Of a stretch of 64,000 nucleotides of DNA, positions 35,779 to 48,602 are shown piece by piece. Origin of the DNA: Octopus sinensis (lineage: Eukaryota). Made by a program: the position numbers and the translations under genes. Positions within the stretch are counted from its first letter, which is position 1; the number at the start of each line of letters is the position of its first letter. The stretch covers positions 114,018,001 to 114,082,000 of the forward strand of contig NC_043002.1 in NCBI RefSeq assembly GCF_006345805.1, in the 5' to 3' direction. Under the pieces are notes generated by a model that worked only from the letters and a program-made list of their open reading frames with translations, had not been told where the DNA came from and made no database searches.

Positions 35779-36700
35779 TCAGCTGACTTTAATTGACGAG
35801 AAAAAAGGCAAAGGTCGAGCCTGATTATCGACTGTATGTTGTAAAACTGTACCTACCATCGAATCCGATGCATCAACTGCTAAAGAGAAACGAGTATCAG
35901 GAACCGGATGTGCAAGCAAAAGAACAGAAGCTGTTTCCTTCTTGATTGACTCAAAAGAAGATAATACCTCGGCAGATAAAGTGAGAGGAGAATTTCTTTT
36001 TGTATTTGCTTTCAATAGTTGAATTAAGGGAAGTAATTTGTCAGCACATTTAGGAATGAATCTCCTGTAGATGTTGGCAATTCCCAAGAAGTGACGCAGT
36101 TGATATAAAGAAGTGGGAGGTAAGATGTGTTGAATTGCATCGACTTTGGAGGAGAGAGGTTGGATACCATTAGAGTCGATATAGTGACCTAAGAATTCCA
36201 GAGAGGTCTGTCCAAAAAACACACGGGATTGATTCAGACATTGTAGGTGTAAAGACGCTGAAAATGTTGAGATAAGTGGTGGAGGTGATTTTTATGCATG
36301 TCACTAGCTGTGAGCAAATCATCAACATAAGCAAACACAAAGTCAAGTCCATGGACAACTTCATCAATAAACCTCTGGAATGTACTCATTGCATTCCGCA
36401 AACTGAAGCTCATAAACAGGAACTTGAAACTTCCAAAAGGGGTGATAACAGCAGTTTTGGGAATGTTGTCAGGGTTCATCAGAATTTGATGATAAGCCTG
36501 GATGAGGTCAACCTTGGAAAAAATAGTACAACCATGCAAGTTTGAAGAAAACTCCTGAAGATTCCTTATCAGATAGCGATCAGGAACAGTGACTGCATTC
36601 AAACGTCTGTAATCCCTCACTGGGCGAAAATCTGAATCCACTTTTTATGCCAAATGTAGAAGAGATGCCCAAGGGCTGGTAGAGGAGCGAGTAAGGCCAA
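35779..36700 (-). pseudogene. Gypsy reverse transcriptase (split)
   Basis: DYRRLNAVTVPDRY...FSKVDLIQAYHQI...KTAVITPFG...YVDDLL; LEFLGH...LRHFLG; AVDASD. Confidence 0.93.
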
Positions 36701-36986
36701 GTTGAAGCATGTGCTCAAACTCAGATTGAGCCTTTTTGAGCCGATCAGGGGTGAGTCACCATGGACGCGAAAAGACGCGTGGTCCAGAAGTAGCGATATA
36801 ATGGCAAGTCAAGTGTGTGACTTCGACTGATTTGAAAGTCTGATCTACCAGCTCTGGGAAAGAAGCCAAAAGGGAGTGGAACTAGTCACCAGCAGCGGTG
36901 ACAAAAAATGACGGGCTGAAAACAGCATTAGTAGTAACCCGAGCAGGCGTAAACAAAGACACAGAATTATTGTCCATGAGTCTCTG

Positions 36987-37400
36987 TCACCTGACATCTA
37001 CTAACAAGTGAAAGTGGTTTAAGAAGTCTGCACCCAGAATGGGATATGGTAGATCTGCTATGACAAAAACCCACCTAAAATGCCTTTGAAGGTTGAGATC
37101 TAGGTGTAATGAGACTTGACCGTAAGTTTTTATCGGGGATAGATTCACGGCAAGCAGGTTAATGGCAGATTGCTTCAGCTTGTCTGAAGTAAGACGGAAA
37201 GGCCAAATAGAACAGCTGGATCTGGTGTCAACCATGAACAATTCATTAGACACATGATCCTTAACAAGAATGCATGATGAGATGAAAAATTGCAGGAAGA
37301 ATTTGACATGCCCAAATCTTCCCCAACTAGTTTCCCGACAGCTTAAACGAACAGGGCTGGATGCATCGATGGGCTTTGTCTTAAAATGTGGCATGGTACC
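36987..37400 (-). pseudogene. Gypsy aspartic protease
   Basis: LFMVDTRSSCS (degenerate DTGS)...PILGADFL. Confidence 0.85.
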
Positions 37401-37437
37401 AGCAGAGATTGGAAACTGTTGGTGTAGAACTAGATGA

Positions 37438-38094
37438 CTATGACTTAGAATGGCTTCTGCTGCGAGGATGATGAGAGCTGGCATGTTCTTGCCACAGTGT
37501 GTTCATGCGATGTGTTAATGCATCGACTCTCTCCAAAATGTCATCATGTGACGAGGTAGGAGACATTGTGGTCGTAGAGGAAACTACTACAGGGTCCGAA
37601 CAGGTATAGTGAGGTGTGGGTTGCACAGTAAACTCTATAATCTTGTTTGCCATGGTGGCTATCTGATTGAGCGAATTGGAGTCGGCCGTTGTGGCCAGTA
37701 TAGATTGGACATTTGGCGGTAGATGAGAGAAAAGCAATTTCCTAAGCAGAGGATTGTCCTCAAGTGGAGTGTCTCTGAGTTCTCGCAAACAATGAAGAAA
37801 CTCAGATGGCGTCCTGTCTCTCAGGTGTTCATCCTGCATCAGTGTCCAGAATTTACTCTCTGCGGATTGTGTGTTCTGACAGAGGACCTTGGATTTGATA
37901 AACGCGTAAGTAGTGTCTGGATGTGGGTCAGTGATGAGATCTTTCACTGAGCGTGCATGAGGTGAAGGCATCCCACAGTACAAAAGGTTTAGCTGCTGTT
38001 GGTGAGGCACAGCACGAGCGGAAAAATACGCATCCAACTGAGCAAACCAAAGTGTGACATCACCAGAGTATGCGGGTAAGCTGGGAAGACTCAT
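37438..38094 (-). pseudogene. Gypsy gag
   Basis: MSLPSLPAYSGDVTLWFAQLDAYF...LRDRTPSEFL...LFSHLPPNVQSILA. Confidence 0.88.
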
Positions 38095-38228
38095 TTTGCA
38101 CAGAGGAAAGAAAAGAAAAGAACCAAAGAAACAACCAAAGTGTTGTTGGAATAGTAATGTGTGTGAAGAAAAAAATTTTCTTAACAAAATTTTTGATTTT
38201 TTTGTGTACTGTGTGTAGCAATGTTTTT

Positions 38229-38625
38229 GAATCTTTTCGGCTTGAACGGCAGTTTTTAACATAATTTCTAGGTAACTAAAAATTTTAAACTTCGTATACT
38301 GGTAGAATGTGTTTATAAAACATCTTTTTCTCTTGGCTTTATTGAGAAAATTCTATGGTTTGTAAGATATTTGGTCTTTAATTTCTTGCATTTCGGCAAT
38401 TTCAACCAATCAATGACTGTTTATTGAGGTGAAAACATTCTGTGCTGTATGAATATGTCCCTCGTTTAAGAAACAGATTGGGTTTATTTACATTTGTGAA
38501 GAAAAAAAGATACCCTTCCCCCACCCCTAACCCTAACTAACCCTAAATCTAAAATAGATTGAAATGCAATAGATTGATACTAGGGTCATAATTATGGGTG
38601 ACAATTTCATATGACACCGCTAGTT
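38229..38625 (+). mobile_element. Interspersed repeat with internal (CCCTAA)n
   Basis: Reverse-complement similarity to 55530-55797; ccctaaccctaactaaccctaa at 38525-38546. Confidence 0.75.
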
Positions 38626-38789
38626 TTTTCTAGCGGTGTATAAGTATACTGTAGTAGGTGCATAGTCAAAACTCAAGTGTAGAAATATATTTGGACTTTG
38701 TAAAAACTTAACCTCTTTGATATCAATCCACCTGAAACTACTTCTGGTTCTATGATACAAATTCCTTGTTTAAATATTCTAGATCAAAA

Positions 38790-39195
38790 TTGATCGTTGC
38801 CAGAGCAGCTAACTGGCTTCCATACCAGTGGCACATAAAAAGCACCATTCGAGCATGATCGTTACCAGTGTCACCTTACTGGCACATGAAAAAGCATTCG
38901 AGCGAGGTCGTTGCCAGTGCCACTGGACTGGCTCCTCTGCAGGTAACACGCAAAAAACACCATTTGAGCATGGCTGTTGCCAGTACCACCTGACTTTCCC
39001 TTGTGCCGGTGGCACGTAAAAGCACCAACTACACTCTCGGAGTGGTTGGCATTAGGAAGGGCATCCAGCTGTAGAAACTCTGCCAGATCAGATTGGAGCC
39101 TGCTGCAGCCATCTGGTTCGCCAGTCCTCAGTCAAATCGTCCAACCCATGCCAGCATGGAAAGTGAATGTTAAATGATGATGATGATGATGACGA
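38790..39195 (+). mobile_element. RTE 3' UTR tandem units and tail
   Basis: Same ~60-bp units and (gat)n tail as 575-952. Confidence 0.88.
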
Positions 39196-40591
39196 AAATT
39201 TTCTACCAACAATCCATGTTTATCTATGTCCAAAACACTGACTTAATACAGAGTTATTTTTTCCAAATTCTTCATTATTTTCAAAGTAAATTGAAACAAC
39301 AGCAGTTTACATCAATACAAATATCACAATAAAAGGCTTAAGATTTAAGGCTGAAATGGTTTATGGCCAACCTTAGCTTTTGTTATGCAAATGAAGTGAA
39401 GAACATAGTGATGGTGATGGTGGTGGTGGTGGTTTTAATCAGCAATGAACTGAATGCAGCATTTCATATTTGTGTGCTTTTGTTATAACTGGATTAGATT
39501 ATTCAGAATGACAATTCCTTCAGTTTCTGAAAGTGATAAAAATCTGAAAGAAGTTGTAGTGTTAAGTCTACAAGAATGCAAATGAGAGACCCTCCTTATG
39601 GTTGCTCAACATTCTTGAAGTAGCAACAAAATTTCTCTCAGACCTTACTCTCTGAACTTTAAAAGGCAGACATTCACAGCTGTCGCCTGATATACAATAC
39701 GTCTGATGGAAAAATAGTTGTTATGAATAACTTTGATTATGGACACACTTAGGCTGAACATCAATAACAACTATAGGAAAAAAAGAGTTGCAGTGAAAGT
39801 TTTCAATTGAGGTCAACAGATTATATACTTTCAATGATTTTAAAAGGCTTCATTTATTTTGATCTAATATAAAGCTTAATATCATAGCTAATATTCTTCA
39901 TTTAAAACTTAATATTTCTCAAATTACCATTGTGGGATTTTTTCCTTTTCATTCAAATAATTTTCTCATTTAGTCATATGTTTTTTTAGCCGTGTTACGT
40001 AGAAGACACATTTCTCATTTAGCTACATTAATTTTATATTTTAGGGGTGGTGTACATATTTTCCTTGTGTTCAATACTGTAAAAATTATTAGCAGTGATG
40101 ACTAAAAAAAAAGTCATTGATTCTATATTTAAAAAAAAAAACACCTCTAAAAATCTACAAAGTTAATGTATGTCAAAATAGAAGCCAATTAGATGCTGAT
40201 TCATTTCCTTGAAGGGAGTAATTGCAGGAGTTGTTGAGGAAAACTATAAGAGAATATAAATCATGGCAGAATATTTACAAGTAAAAGGGTGGGGGAGTAA
40301 AATTTACATCAGCAAGAAACAAATTTTTCTTCTAATGTTCCAATGTTTTGGAAAAATTCTTTGATTAATTTCTTTGTAAACGTAATTTCCTTTGTTCCAT
40401 ATTGAAATCATTCTGATGATTCATATATTGATAAGGATTCTCAGCAACAACCATTTTCTCATAACACGTAATTTTTTTTTTTAATTATGAGAGGAGGGCA
40501 AAGTGAATTACTGTAGGGTTTCAATATTACCATTACAGATAGAATGTAAAGTATCAACTTCAATCACAGTTTGCTTACATTTATAATTACA

Positions 40592-40975
40592 CAAGCAGTT
40601 TCGCCCGGCGTTGCTTGGGTTTGTTTCGACCCGCTGGAATTGGAATTTTTGAAAAGTAAATATTTTGCATTATGTAGCTTGTTATTCTCTTCAAGTGAAC
40701 ATTTTTCTGGTTGAAATACATCGAAAAGTGGCGACACAGCAGTGAAAAAATCGTAAAAAATAGGGATTTTCATAGAAAAAAGCACCTTTTTGATGTAAAT
40801 AATTTTGATTTGGTCCGATTTGAATTTTATCTTCTACGGAAGGAAGAGCAACCCTTCTTCTATCATACTCTCAATTTTGGTCAACTTGCGCCGCAGGGTC
40901 TCGGAGGAGATAGTGTTAGTTGAAGGTTACCAAACCTGGCGCACACAGACAACTTCAGCTTTATATAGAGAGAGA
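40592..40975 (-). mobile_element. Non-autonomous Helitron
   Basis: Minus strand: 5' A|TCTCTCTCTATATAAAGCTGAAGTTGTCTG; 3' cccaagcaacgccgggcgaaactgCTTG|T. Confidence 0.82.
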
Positions 40976-41302
40976 TAACACACACACATTAATACACATA
41001 CATACACACACACACACACACACATGTATGTATGTATGGATGTATGTATGCATATATGTACATCTGTCCACTTCTTGCCATATTTTTATCGTTCACTTCC
41101 TACACACACACACACACATGCACACACACACACACACACACACACATGCACGCACACACACACACACACACATGCACGCACACACACACATTCACCTTCT
41201 TAGCTTACAATTTCTTTCTTTCAACAATTCACAACTGAAGTACGCTCGCAAATTAATACTACGAAAACTTAGCGACAGAAAGTAAATTAAAAACCAATTT
41301 AC

Positions 41303-41322
41303 CTTTTCTGTTGAGTTATCAT
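41303..41322 (-). CDS. Weak candidate first coding exon (MITQQK, phase 2)
   Basis: gccATG ATA ACT CAA CAG AAA AG|GTAAAT in a mildly CpG-enriched patch; a second donor ATG|GTGAGT at 41550/41549. Product unknown. Confidence 0.3.
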
Positions 41323-41729
41323 GGCAATTCGACCGTCTGATTTCCTTAAATCCGTCTCTTTTCTTCAACTGAACTTACTTCCTATCGTTTCTTAAAGTCC
41401 TTTGTGAAATCTAGGAGTGTTTTTTTTTTGTTCTTTCTCGAGAAAGTTTTGTTTCCTTGACACTAAAAACTAACAAGAAGTAGACAACAGTCCCAGTACA
41501 ATTGGTGTAATAGTGTAACTCATAATGTGAGCGGCTAGCATCTACTCACCATATGTCAGTGAATTGTTGGTGTGTGTTTGCAAATGTGTTCGAATGAGAA
41601 AGTGAATTGTGTTTGGTGCCTTTTTTACTAATAACTGTGTGTGTATTTGAGTGTTTGTGTGTAGTTGTTTGAAACGTTTGTGTTTGTCACTGTCATATAT
41701 GTATATGTTTGCAAGGAGTAAAGCATTTG

Positions 41730-42139
41730 AAATGAGAGAGGGAAATCGTAAAATATTGAGTTTTCTCGAATTTTTGCTTAATTGGGGGTCAAATTGAAAG
41801 AAATTTATATGCCATGACCCAATGGAATGTACTTCGAAAAATCATAGGTAAATTCCAATTGAAGAAATTGTGTGAGGAGTAAATCGTTATGTATTTATTT
41901 GTTTCTGTTTCCTGTGTATTTTTTTGAGTAGTGGTTGAAGGTACACTTGCAAAAAGAAAGTAGGAGAAAGTGTGGTAATAGAAGGAGTGAAGCAGTTGAA
42001 ATTAGAGAGGCAAATCGTACAATATTTAGTTTTCTCGAATTTTTGCTTAATTGGGGGTCAAATTGAAAAAATTTATATGCCATGACCCAATCGAATCTAC
42101 TTCAAAAAATCATAGGTAAATTCCAATTGAAGAAATTCT
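41730..42139 (+). repeat. Direct duplication of a ~140-bp segment (41730-41870, 42000-42139)
   Basis: aaatcgta..atatt.agttttctcgaatttttgcttaattgggggtcaaattgaa...aaattccaattgaagaaatt occurs twice. Confidence 0.9.
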
Positions 42140-42259
42140 ATAATGTACAATTGTATTAAAAAGAAACAGTCACAGTCAGAGAAAATCTGCCTTTTATCAT
42201 AAGAGATACATGTACATATACTTCCATGCCTAATGTACATTTATACATTTCATATTAAA

Positions 42260-42580
42260 AGACTCCGCCGGTTACGACGACGAGGGTTCCAGCTGATACG
42301 ATCAACGGAACAGCTTGCTCGTGAAATTAACGTGCAAATGGCTGAGCATTCCACAGACACGTGTACCGTTAACGTAGTTCTTGGGGATAATCAGCTTGAC
42401 ACAGAGAGTGACAAGGCTGACCCTTTGAAATACAAGTACAACTCATTTTTGCCAGCTGAGTGGACTGGAGCAACGTGAAATAAAGTGTCTTGCTCAAGGA
42501 CACAACGCGTCGCCGGGAATCAAACTCACAACCTTACGATCATGAGCCGAATGCCCTAACCACTAAGCCACGTGCCCTCA
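42260..42580 (-). mobile_element. SINE family C
   Basis: Head reverse complement gaatcaaactc...ctaaccactaagccacgtgcc. Confidence 0.8.
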
Positions 42581-42873
42581 CCCACATTTCATATACCTAT
42601 ATAAGTATATATGAGAAAGTGCATTTAAAGGTTGGACACATACTTTCACTATCAGCAAGAAGCTGGCTGCTGCCTTATGACTTCCCTACCCACACCTGTC
42701 CCATCCTCCACCTTGTTTGCTGGTGTTTTATGGGACTGAAGGGAGACGCCTGAGGAGCAGAGGCATATATACCTATACTTCCTTTCAGACATGTGCAAGG
42801 ACACACTGCTTCCAGGCAAGTGCTTCAAAATGTACTCTTCTTCTTTACAGATGTTGAACACAGTTCTGTGCAT

Positions 42874-42912
<39 letters not shown>

Positions 42913-43039
42913 GTCCACAAACATAGAACAACCACACTCAATGTCAGTATTATGAAAAATGGTGAGATTGTAGAAATGCTTGAATGTGAAATACAGATCT
43001 TTGCTGTATACAAGAGGTACAATGGTGAGCAGCCTCGGC

Positions 43040-43700
43040 CAGACTGCTTGTGAGCAAGTTGTGTAGATATAAATTCTTCTGGATAGGGAGTAGTGATGGG
43101 GTATGTGGTGTAGGTATACTTTTTGCTGAGAAGTGGGTTGATAAGGTGATCGAGGTTGTCAGAATATGTGATACGATTATCAAGTTAAGAATAGTCTTGT
43201 ATAATGTAACCGTGACATTTATCTCTCCATGTGCTGGTCTAGCAGATGAACAGGACTGTTTCTATGAGTCCCTTCTCCAGGCTACTGCAATGACAAAAGA
43301 AAATGACCTTATAACTGTAGATGGGGATTTCAACAGTCATGTTAGGCAACACTCCATGTGATACATAGGAAACAGAAACAAATAAATACATAACGATTTA
43401 CTCCTCCCACAATTTCTTCAATTGGAATTTACCTATGATTTTTCGAAGTACATTCCATTGGGTCATGGCATATAAATTTCTTTCAATTTGACCCCCAATT
43501 AAGCAAAAAGGGATTTTATGGTGTGCATGGAGGTTTTTGCTTTAGCACCAGAAATGAGGCTCCTGGAGCTCTGTGATACAAACGACTTACTGATCTGCTA
43601 CACTAACTTCAGGAAACCAGTCAGCCACCTAACCACTATATCGGTCTGGTGGGAATATAATCCAGATTAATTACATTCTCACCAGAAACAGTGATAGACA
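43040..43700 (+). mobile_element. RTE apurinic-endonuclease domain fragment, interrupted at 43360-43509
   Basis: GVGILFAEKWVDKV...GDFNSHV, then after the insert GVHGGF...RNE...LELCDTNDLLICYTNFRKP. Confidence 0.85.
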
Positions 43701-43704
43701 GATG

Positions 43705-44185
43705 CTTCATCATCATTGTTTAATGTCTGCCTTCCATGCTGGCATAGATGGGACGGTTTGACAAGAGCCAACCAGGCAGAAGCCTGCACCAGACTCCTGT
43801 AACTATTTTGGCAGGATTTTTACAGTTAGATGCCCTTCCTAACACCACCACTTAGCAGAGTGGACTTAGAGCTTTTTATATGGCACATGCACGGGTGAGG
43901 TCAGTTTTGGCAAGGTTTTTACAGCTAGATGCCCTTCCAAACACCAACCACTTTACAGTGTGGACTGGGTGCTTTTAAGTGGCACCTGCACTGACAGGGT
44001 CACCAAGTACTTGCAAGACCAAAAGAAAAGAACTCTTTTGAAAGGGGAGGGGGCATCAGAGGAGGTGGTCTTGTGTCAGATGATGAAAGGTTATCATGAG
44101 GCAGAGAGACAGAAACAGGTGTCTTGCTGTAGAGGAGGTACAAGGTTCCCCAGCAGAAGAGAGGGAGAGAGAGAGGAGGGAGAGG

Positions 44186-44219
<34 letters not shown>

Positions 44220-45108
44220 TCAGGAATGAAGACAGAAACAGGTGTGTTGCTGCAAAGGAAATACATGGCTACCCAACCTCAGGGAAGTGCAGGAGAAGGA
44301 GAGAGAGAGAGTAGAAGACAGCAGGATAGAGATGGTGGCAAAGTGCTGGGCATATGCAATGATATAGTGAGACAGGGCATGGGTGAAACACACTGGCCAG
44401 AAGCTAGTGGAGAGCAATGATACAGTGGCACAGGGCCAAGAGGACAGGATTGAGGAGTGGGAGGTAAGCCTAGTGCATGTTGTGGAAATGTGAGGAAGAG
44501 ATGTAGAGATGTAGTTTGGTTAGTTGTGGTAGGGTGTGTGAGAAATTTTCTTGTTAAGTGTAGGTGGGATGCACAGCACTTCTAGAACTCAGTTTTGCTG
44601 ATGTGGGTGGGTCTTCTCAAGAACTTCATATCGCCAGACATCTCGGTCCATGGTCATTTCCTCTGTGAAGTCCAATTTCCTGAGACCAGTCCTTAACACT
44701 TCATCCCATGTCTTCCTGAGTCTCCCTCTTCCACAGGTACCATCCACTTTCAGTGATCAGCACTTCTTTATGCAGCTGTCCTCATTCATACTCATCACAT
44801 ATCCAAACCAACATAGTCTCTTCTCTTGCATACTACATTTGATTCCTCTTATGCCCAGCTTTTCTCTCAATACATTTGTACTTTGTTGTACATGTGCACT
44901 GATGTTGCACATCCAACAGAGCATACTACCTTCGTTTCTCTCCAGTCTACACATGTCTTCAGTATTCAGATCCCATGTCTCACTACCATAGAGTGTAGCT
45001 GTTTGTACACAAGCATCATATAGTCTACCTTCCATTCTGAGAGAGAGTCCTTTTGTTACCAACAGAGTTAATAGCTCTCTGAATTTTCTCCACCCAATTC
45101 TTATTCTA
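43705..45108 (-). mobile_element. RTE LINE 3' portion (RT C-terminus, GA-rich UTR, tail)
   Basis: GRLYDACVQTATLYGSETW...LREKLGIRGI (ORF 44757-45062); tail at 43705-43990. Confidence 0.85.
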
Positions 45109-46210
45109 TTTGGTTGGCAACTAAGTTCCCACCGTTTTTTTTTTAAATTTAAATTTTTAAAAAGGTTTAATAAAAAATAACAACTAATTAATCAATAATG
45201 TATTCACTCTTGTTGCTTACAACTTCTTTCCAACGTTCAACAAGATTTTCAATACCTTGCTGGTAGAAATCACCCGATTTCGACTCAAAAAATCGATCCA
45301 ACCAAGCTCTCAATTCTTCATCAGTATTGAACGAAACTCCGTGCATAGCATTTGAAAGAGATTGAAAGATGTAGAAATCTGTTGGTGCCAAATCAGGAGA
45401 GCATGGCGAGTGTGGCAGCACTTTCCAGCCATGCATCTGAATGGCTTTCTTGATCATATTGGCGATATGAGGGTGGGCGCTGTCATGCAGCAGAAGAACT
45501 CCATGTTGATGATTAGGTCTTTTCTCTTGAGTAGCCATCTTGAGTTGTTCCATCTGTTGAACATAGAGTTCCGCGTTGACTGTTTGGTTCCGTTCAAGCA
45601 ATGCGTAATGGATAATACCTTCCCAGTCCCATCATCGTTTTACATGGATGAAGATCTTGTTTCACACGTGGTGTCACTTGTTTACCGGGGCTAAGCCATT
45701 CCTTACGCTGCTTCATATTGATGTACAAGCACCATTTTTCTCTGCTAGTAACGATTCGGTAAAGAAATCGTTGTTTGTGTCCATGAGTTGAATGGTGACA
45801 AGCAAGCAAACCAGCAGAGATTGTGGCTTGTTGATTTTTGTTGTTGTCACTTAAAGCATGCGGAACCCATGCTCCATACTTCTGAACCTCTCCCATCGAG
45901 TGAAGATGCTTCTCTATAGCAGTGTGGGAGCATTCCATTTTCTCTGCCAGTTCCCTTGTTGTTTGACGAGAATTTTTGTGCAAAAGTTGGTTTAATTGCT
46001 CTTCATAGAATGCAACTGGATGGCCAGAACAAGGTGCGTCTTTGAGGTCAAAATTTCCGTTTTTGAACTTGGCATACTAATCATGAGCGGTTCTTTCAGC
46101 TATGGTACCTTCTCCATACACAGCACAAATGTCGTGAGCAGCTTTTGTGGCCTTGGAACCTTGATTAAAAGCAAAACGAAGGAGATGTCGAAAATGCTCA
46201 TTCAAGATTC
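45109..46210 (-). mobile_element. Mariner transposon relic (one TIR, decayed transposase)
   Basis: HTH region YGEGTIAERTA..KFKNGNFDL; GAWVPHALS; IVTSREKW; LLHDSAHPH; HSPCSPDLAPTDF..F..L. TA plus TIR tttggttggcaactaagttccc at 45109. Confidence 0.92.
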
Positions 46211-46249
46211 ACAGGGGCCATAAAAATCTACAGACACATGGCAAATTGA

Positions 46250-46700
46250 TTCTCCATGTCTTTCTGGGTCTCCCTTTCCCACAAAAATCCCTTTCTGGGT
46301 CCCCTTTCCCACAAAAATCACTTAAGTGATCTGCACTTCTTCACACATCTGTCAACATTCATACACATAGCATGACCAAACCAGTACAGTCCTCTCTCTT
46401 TTACACTGCATCTAATTCCTAACTTTTCTCTCAATAGACTTGCATTCTGTTGCACATCCAGCAGAGCATGCTAACTTCTTTCTTCTCTAGTCTTAGCAAG
46501 TCCTCTGCATCCAGAGTCCACATCTCACGACCATGAAGCATTACTCTTTGTATCTGTGCATCACACAATCTTCTTTTCAATGAAAGCAAAAGACCTTTGG
46601 TTGCTAACAAGGGTAAAAGCTCTCTGAATTTTCTCCATCCTATTCTTATTCTAGTAATTGCACTTTCAGTACACCCCCCCTTCACTGTTGATTAGGTCCC
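46250..46700 (-). mobile_element. RTE RT C-terminal fragment
   Basis: RIRIGWRKFRELLPLLATKG...LHGREMWTL. Confidence 0.82.
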
Positions 46701-47984
46701 CTAGGTAGCAGAAATTATCCACTACTCACCATCACCCAACAACCAGTGTTGGTTTGTTTACCTCCATGTAACTTAGCTAGTTTGGTAAAATAGACTTATA
46801 GATTAAGTACCAAGCTTTAAAATTAAGTACTAAGGTAAATTTGTTTGACTGACATCCTGGATGGCCATGGTCCTGTGACTTGAAATGAATGAAAGATAAA
46901 GATATATTGAAAATGCATAGGAGGAAGAAAGTCTACCTAATGTTGACCCATAAAGGACCAGTTATCTTAGTTGGCAACAGTAAGATAGATGAGTCAATTA
47001 AGGATATGAAAACAGGGAAGGCCTCTGGTCCACCATGAATTACTGTTGAGATGCTTAAAATATCTGGCAGAGGAGGATACAGCCTAATCACTCATAGAGT
47101 TTATCAAGTTTTACCGGAAGATGTTACATCCAATTGTTAGCTGTTCCTAGGGTAACAGGGATGATTTAGATAGAAATAATTACAGAGGTATTAAGTTGGT
47201 GAACCAGGTCAAGAAAGAGCCCAATTAAGAGCAGAATTAGACTAGCTTAGATGCAGTGTGATTTTGTACTGGGGAGAAGTACTACTGATGCTTTCTCCAT
47301 TGTCAGACAACTTCAGGAAAAGTATTTAGCTAAGAGTAAACCATTGTTCTTGGCATTCTTTGACCTGGAGAAAGCCTTTGACAGAGTCTTTCACTCTGTG
47401 ATCTCTGAAAAAGTTAGGGGTAATGGCTTGTGAAAGCCATACAGCCATGTACTGGGGTACAGTGAGTAAGGTGAGAGTTAGCCATAAGTTTTTAGTGACG
47501 AATTAAAGTACAGATAAGTGTTCACTGGGGCTCAGTTCTCAGTCCCCTCCTATTCATCATTGTCCTCTGGACCAGGTGCTGCTAGGAACTACTATTGACT
47601 GATGATCTTCTCATAGTGCAATAGGTAGTAGAATTTATTAAAGAAATTCCAGGTAAGGAAGCAAAACCAAGTTCTAGTAAGTAGGGAAATAGACAGGGCT
47701 CTACCTATTTCCAGTAAATAGTCCTACTCAATATGTAAAAAAAGGTGTTGGCAGGAAATCCAAACAGTGTACCAATGTTATGCAAGAGGTGCAGCAGAAT
47801 CAGAAGAATGTCAGTCAAGTAGCGTTTAAAAGTGAAAGATGTGCAGGAGAAATGGACACGAAGGACACAAGGGAGATAACTTCTCTTAAATGCCCTGGAA
47901 GTGGTTCTGTTACCTGGATGGCCTAATTAGTGGAGGTGGAAAATGTTTTGAAAGTATCGCTACTAGAATAAGAATGGGATGGAG

Positions 47985-48215
47985 ATAGCTTAGCAGATAC
48001 GTTAGCACGCAGGGCGAAATGCGTAGCCGTATTTCGTCTGGCGTTACGTTCTGAGTTCAAATTCCGCCGAGGTCGACTTTGCCTTTCATCCTTTCGGGGT
48101 CGATTAAATAAGTACCAGTTACGCACTGGGATCGATATAATCGACTTAATCCGTGTGTCTGTCCTTGTTTGTCCTCTCTGTGTTTAGCCCTTGTGGGTAA
48201 TAAAGAAATAGGATA
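47985..48215 (+). mobile_element. SINE family B
   Basis: gagttcaaattcc B box; gccgaggtcgactttgcctttcatcctttcggggtcga..aagtaccag domain. Confidence 0.9.
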
Positions 48216-48602
48216 TAGCTTGGAGAGCTGGAATCTCTGTTAGTAACAAGAATTTTCTCTCACCAAGTGAAGTTAGACTGTACGATGCTTGTGTTTGAAC
48301 CCTGAATGTGGAGGGCATGCGACGACTAGAGAAGATCGAACCTAATATGTTCCATTGGATGTGCAATGTTTGTTGCATGTACAACAAAGTGCTGATGTAT
48401 TGTGAGAAAAATTGTGCTGGTTTGGTCATGTGATGTATATGGATGAGGAATGGTGCATAAAGAAGCGTTAGTCACTTAACGATGGAACTTAGTGAAAGAT
48501 GATCTCGAAATGTAGAACCTCACAGAGATGACAAGGGACCGAGATGATTGGTGATTTGATGTGCTTGAGAAGACGTGTCCATAATAGCAGATATGAGGTC
48601 CT

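Larger units (their letters stand above)
33489..38130 (-). mobile_element. Decayed Ty3/Gypsy LTR retrotransposon (3' LTR present, 5' LTR not found)
   Basis: Minus-strand order gag-PR-RT-RH-IN with multiple stops and frameshifts; LTR at 33489-33917. Confidence 0.92.
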
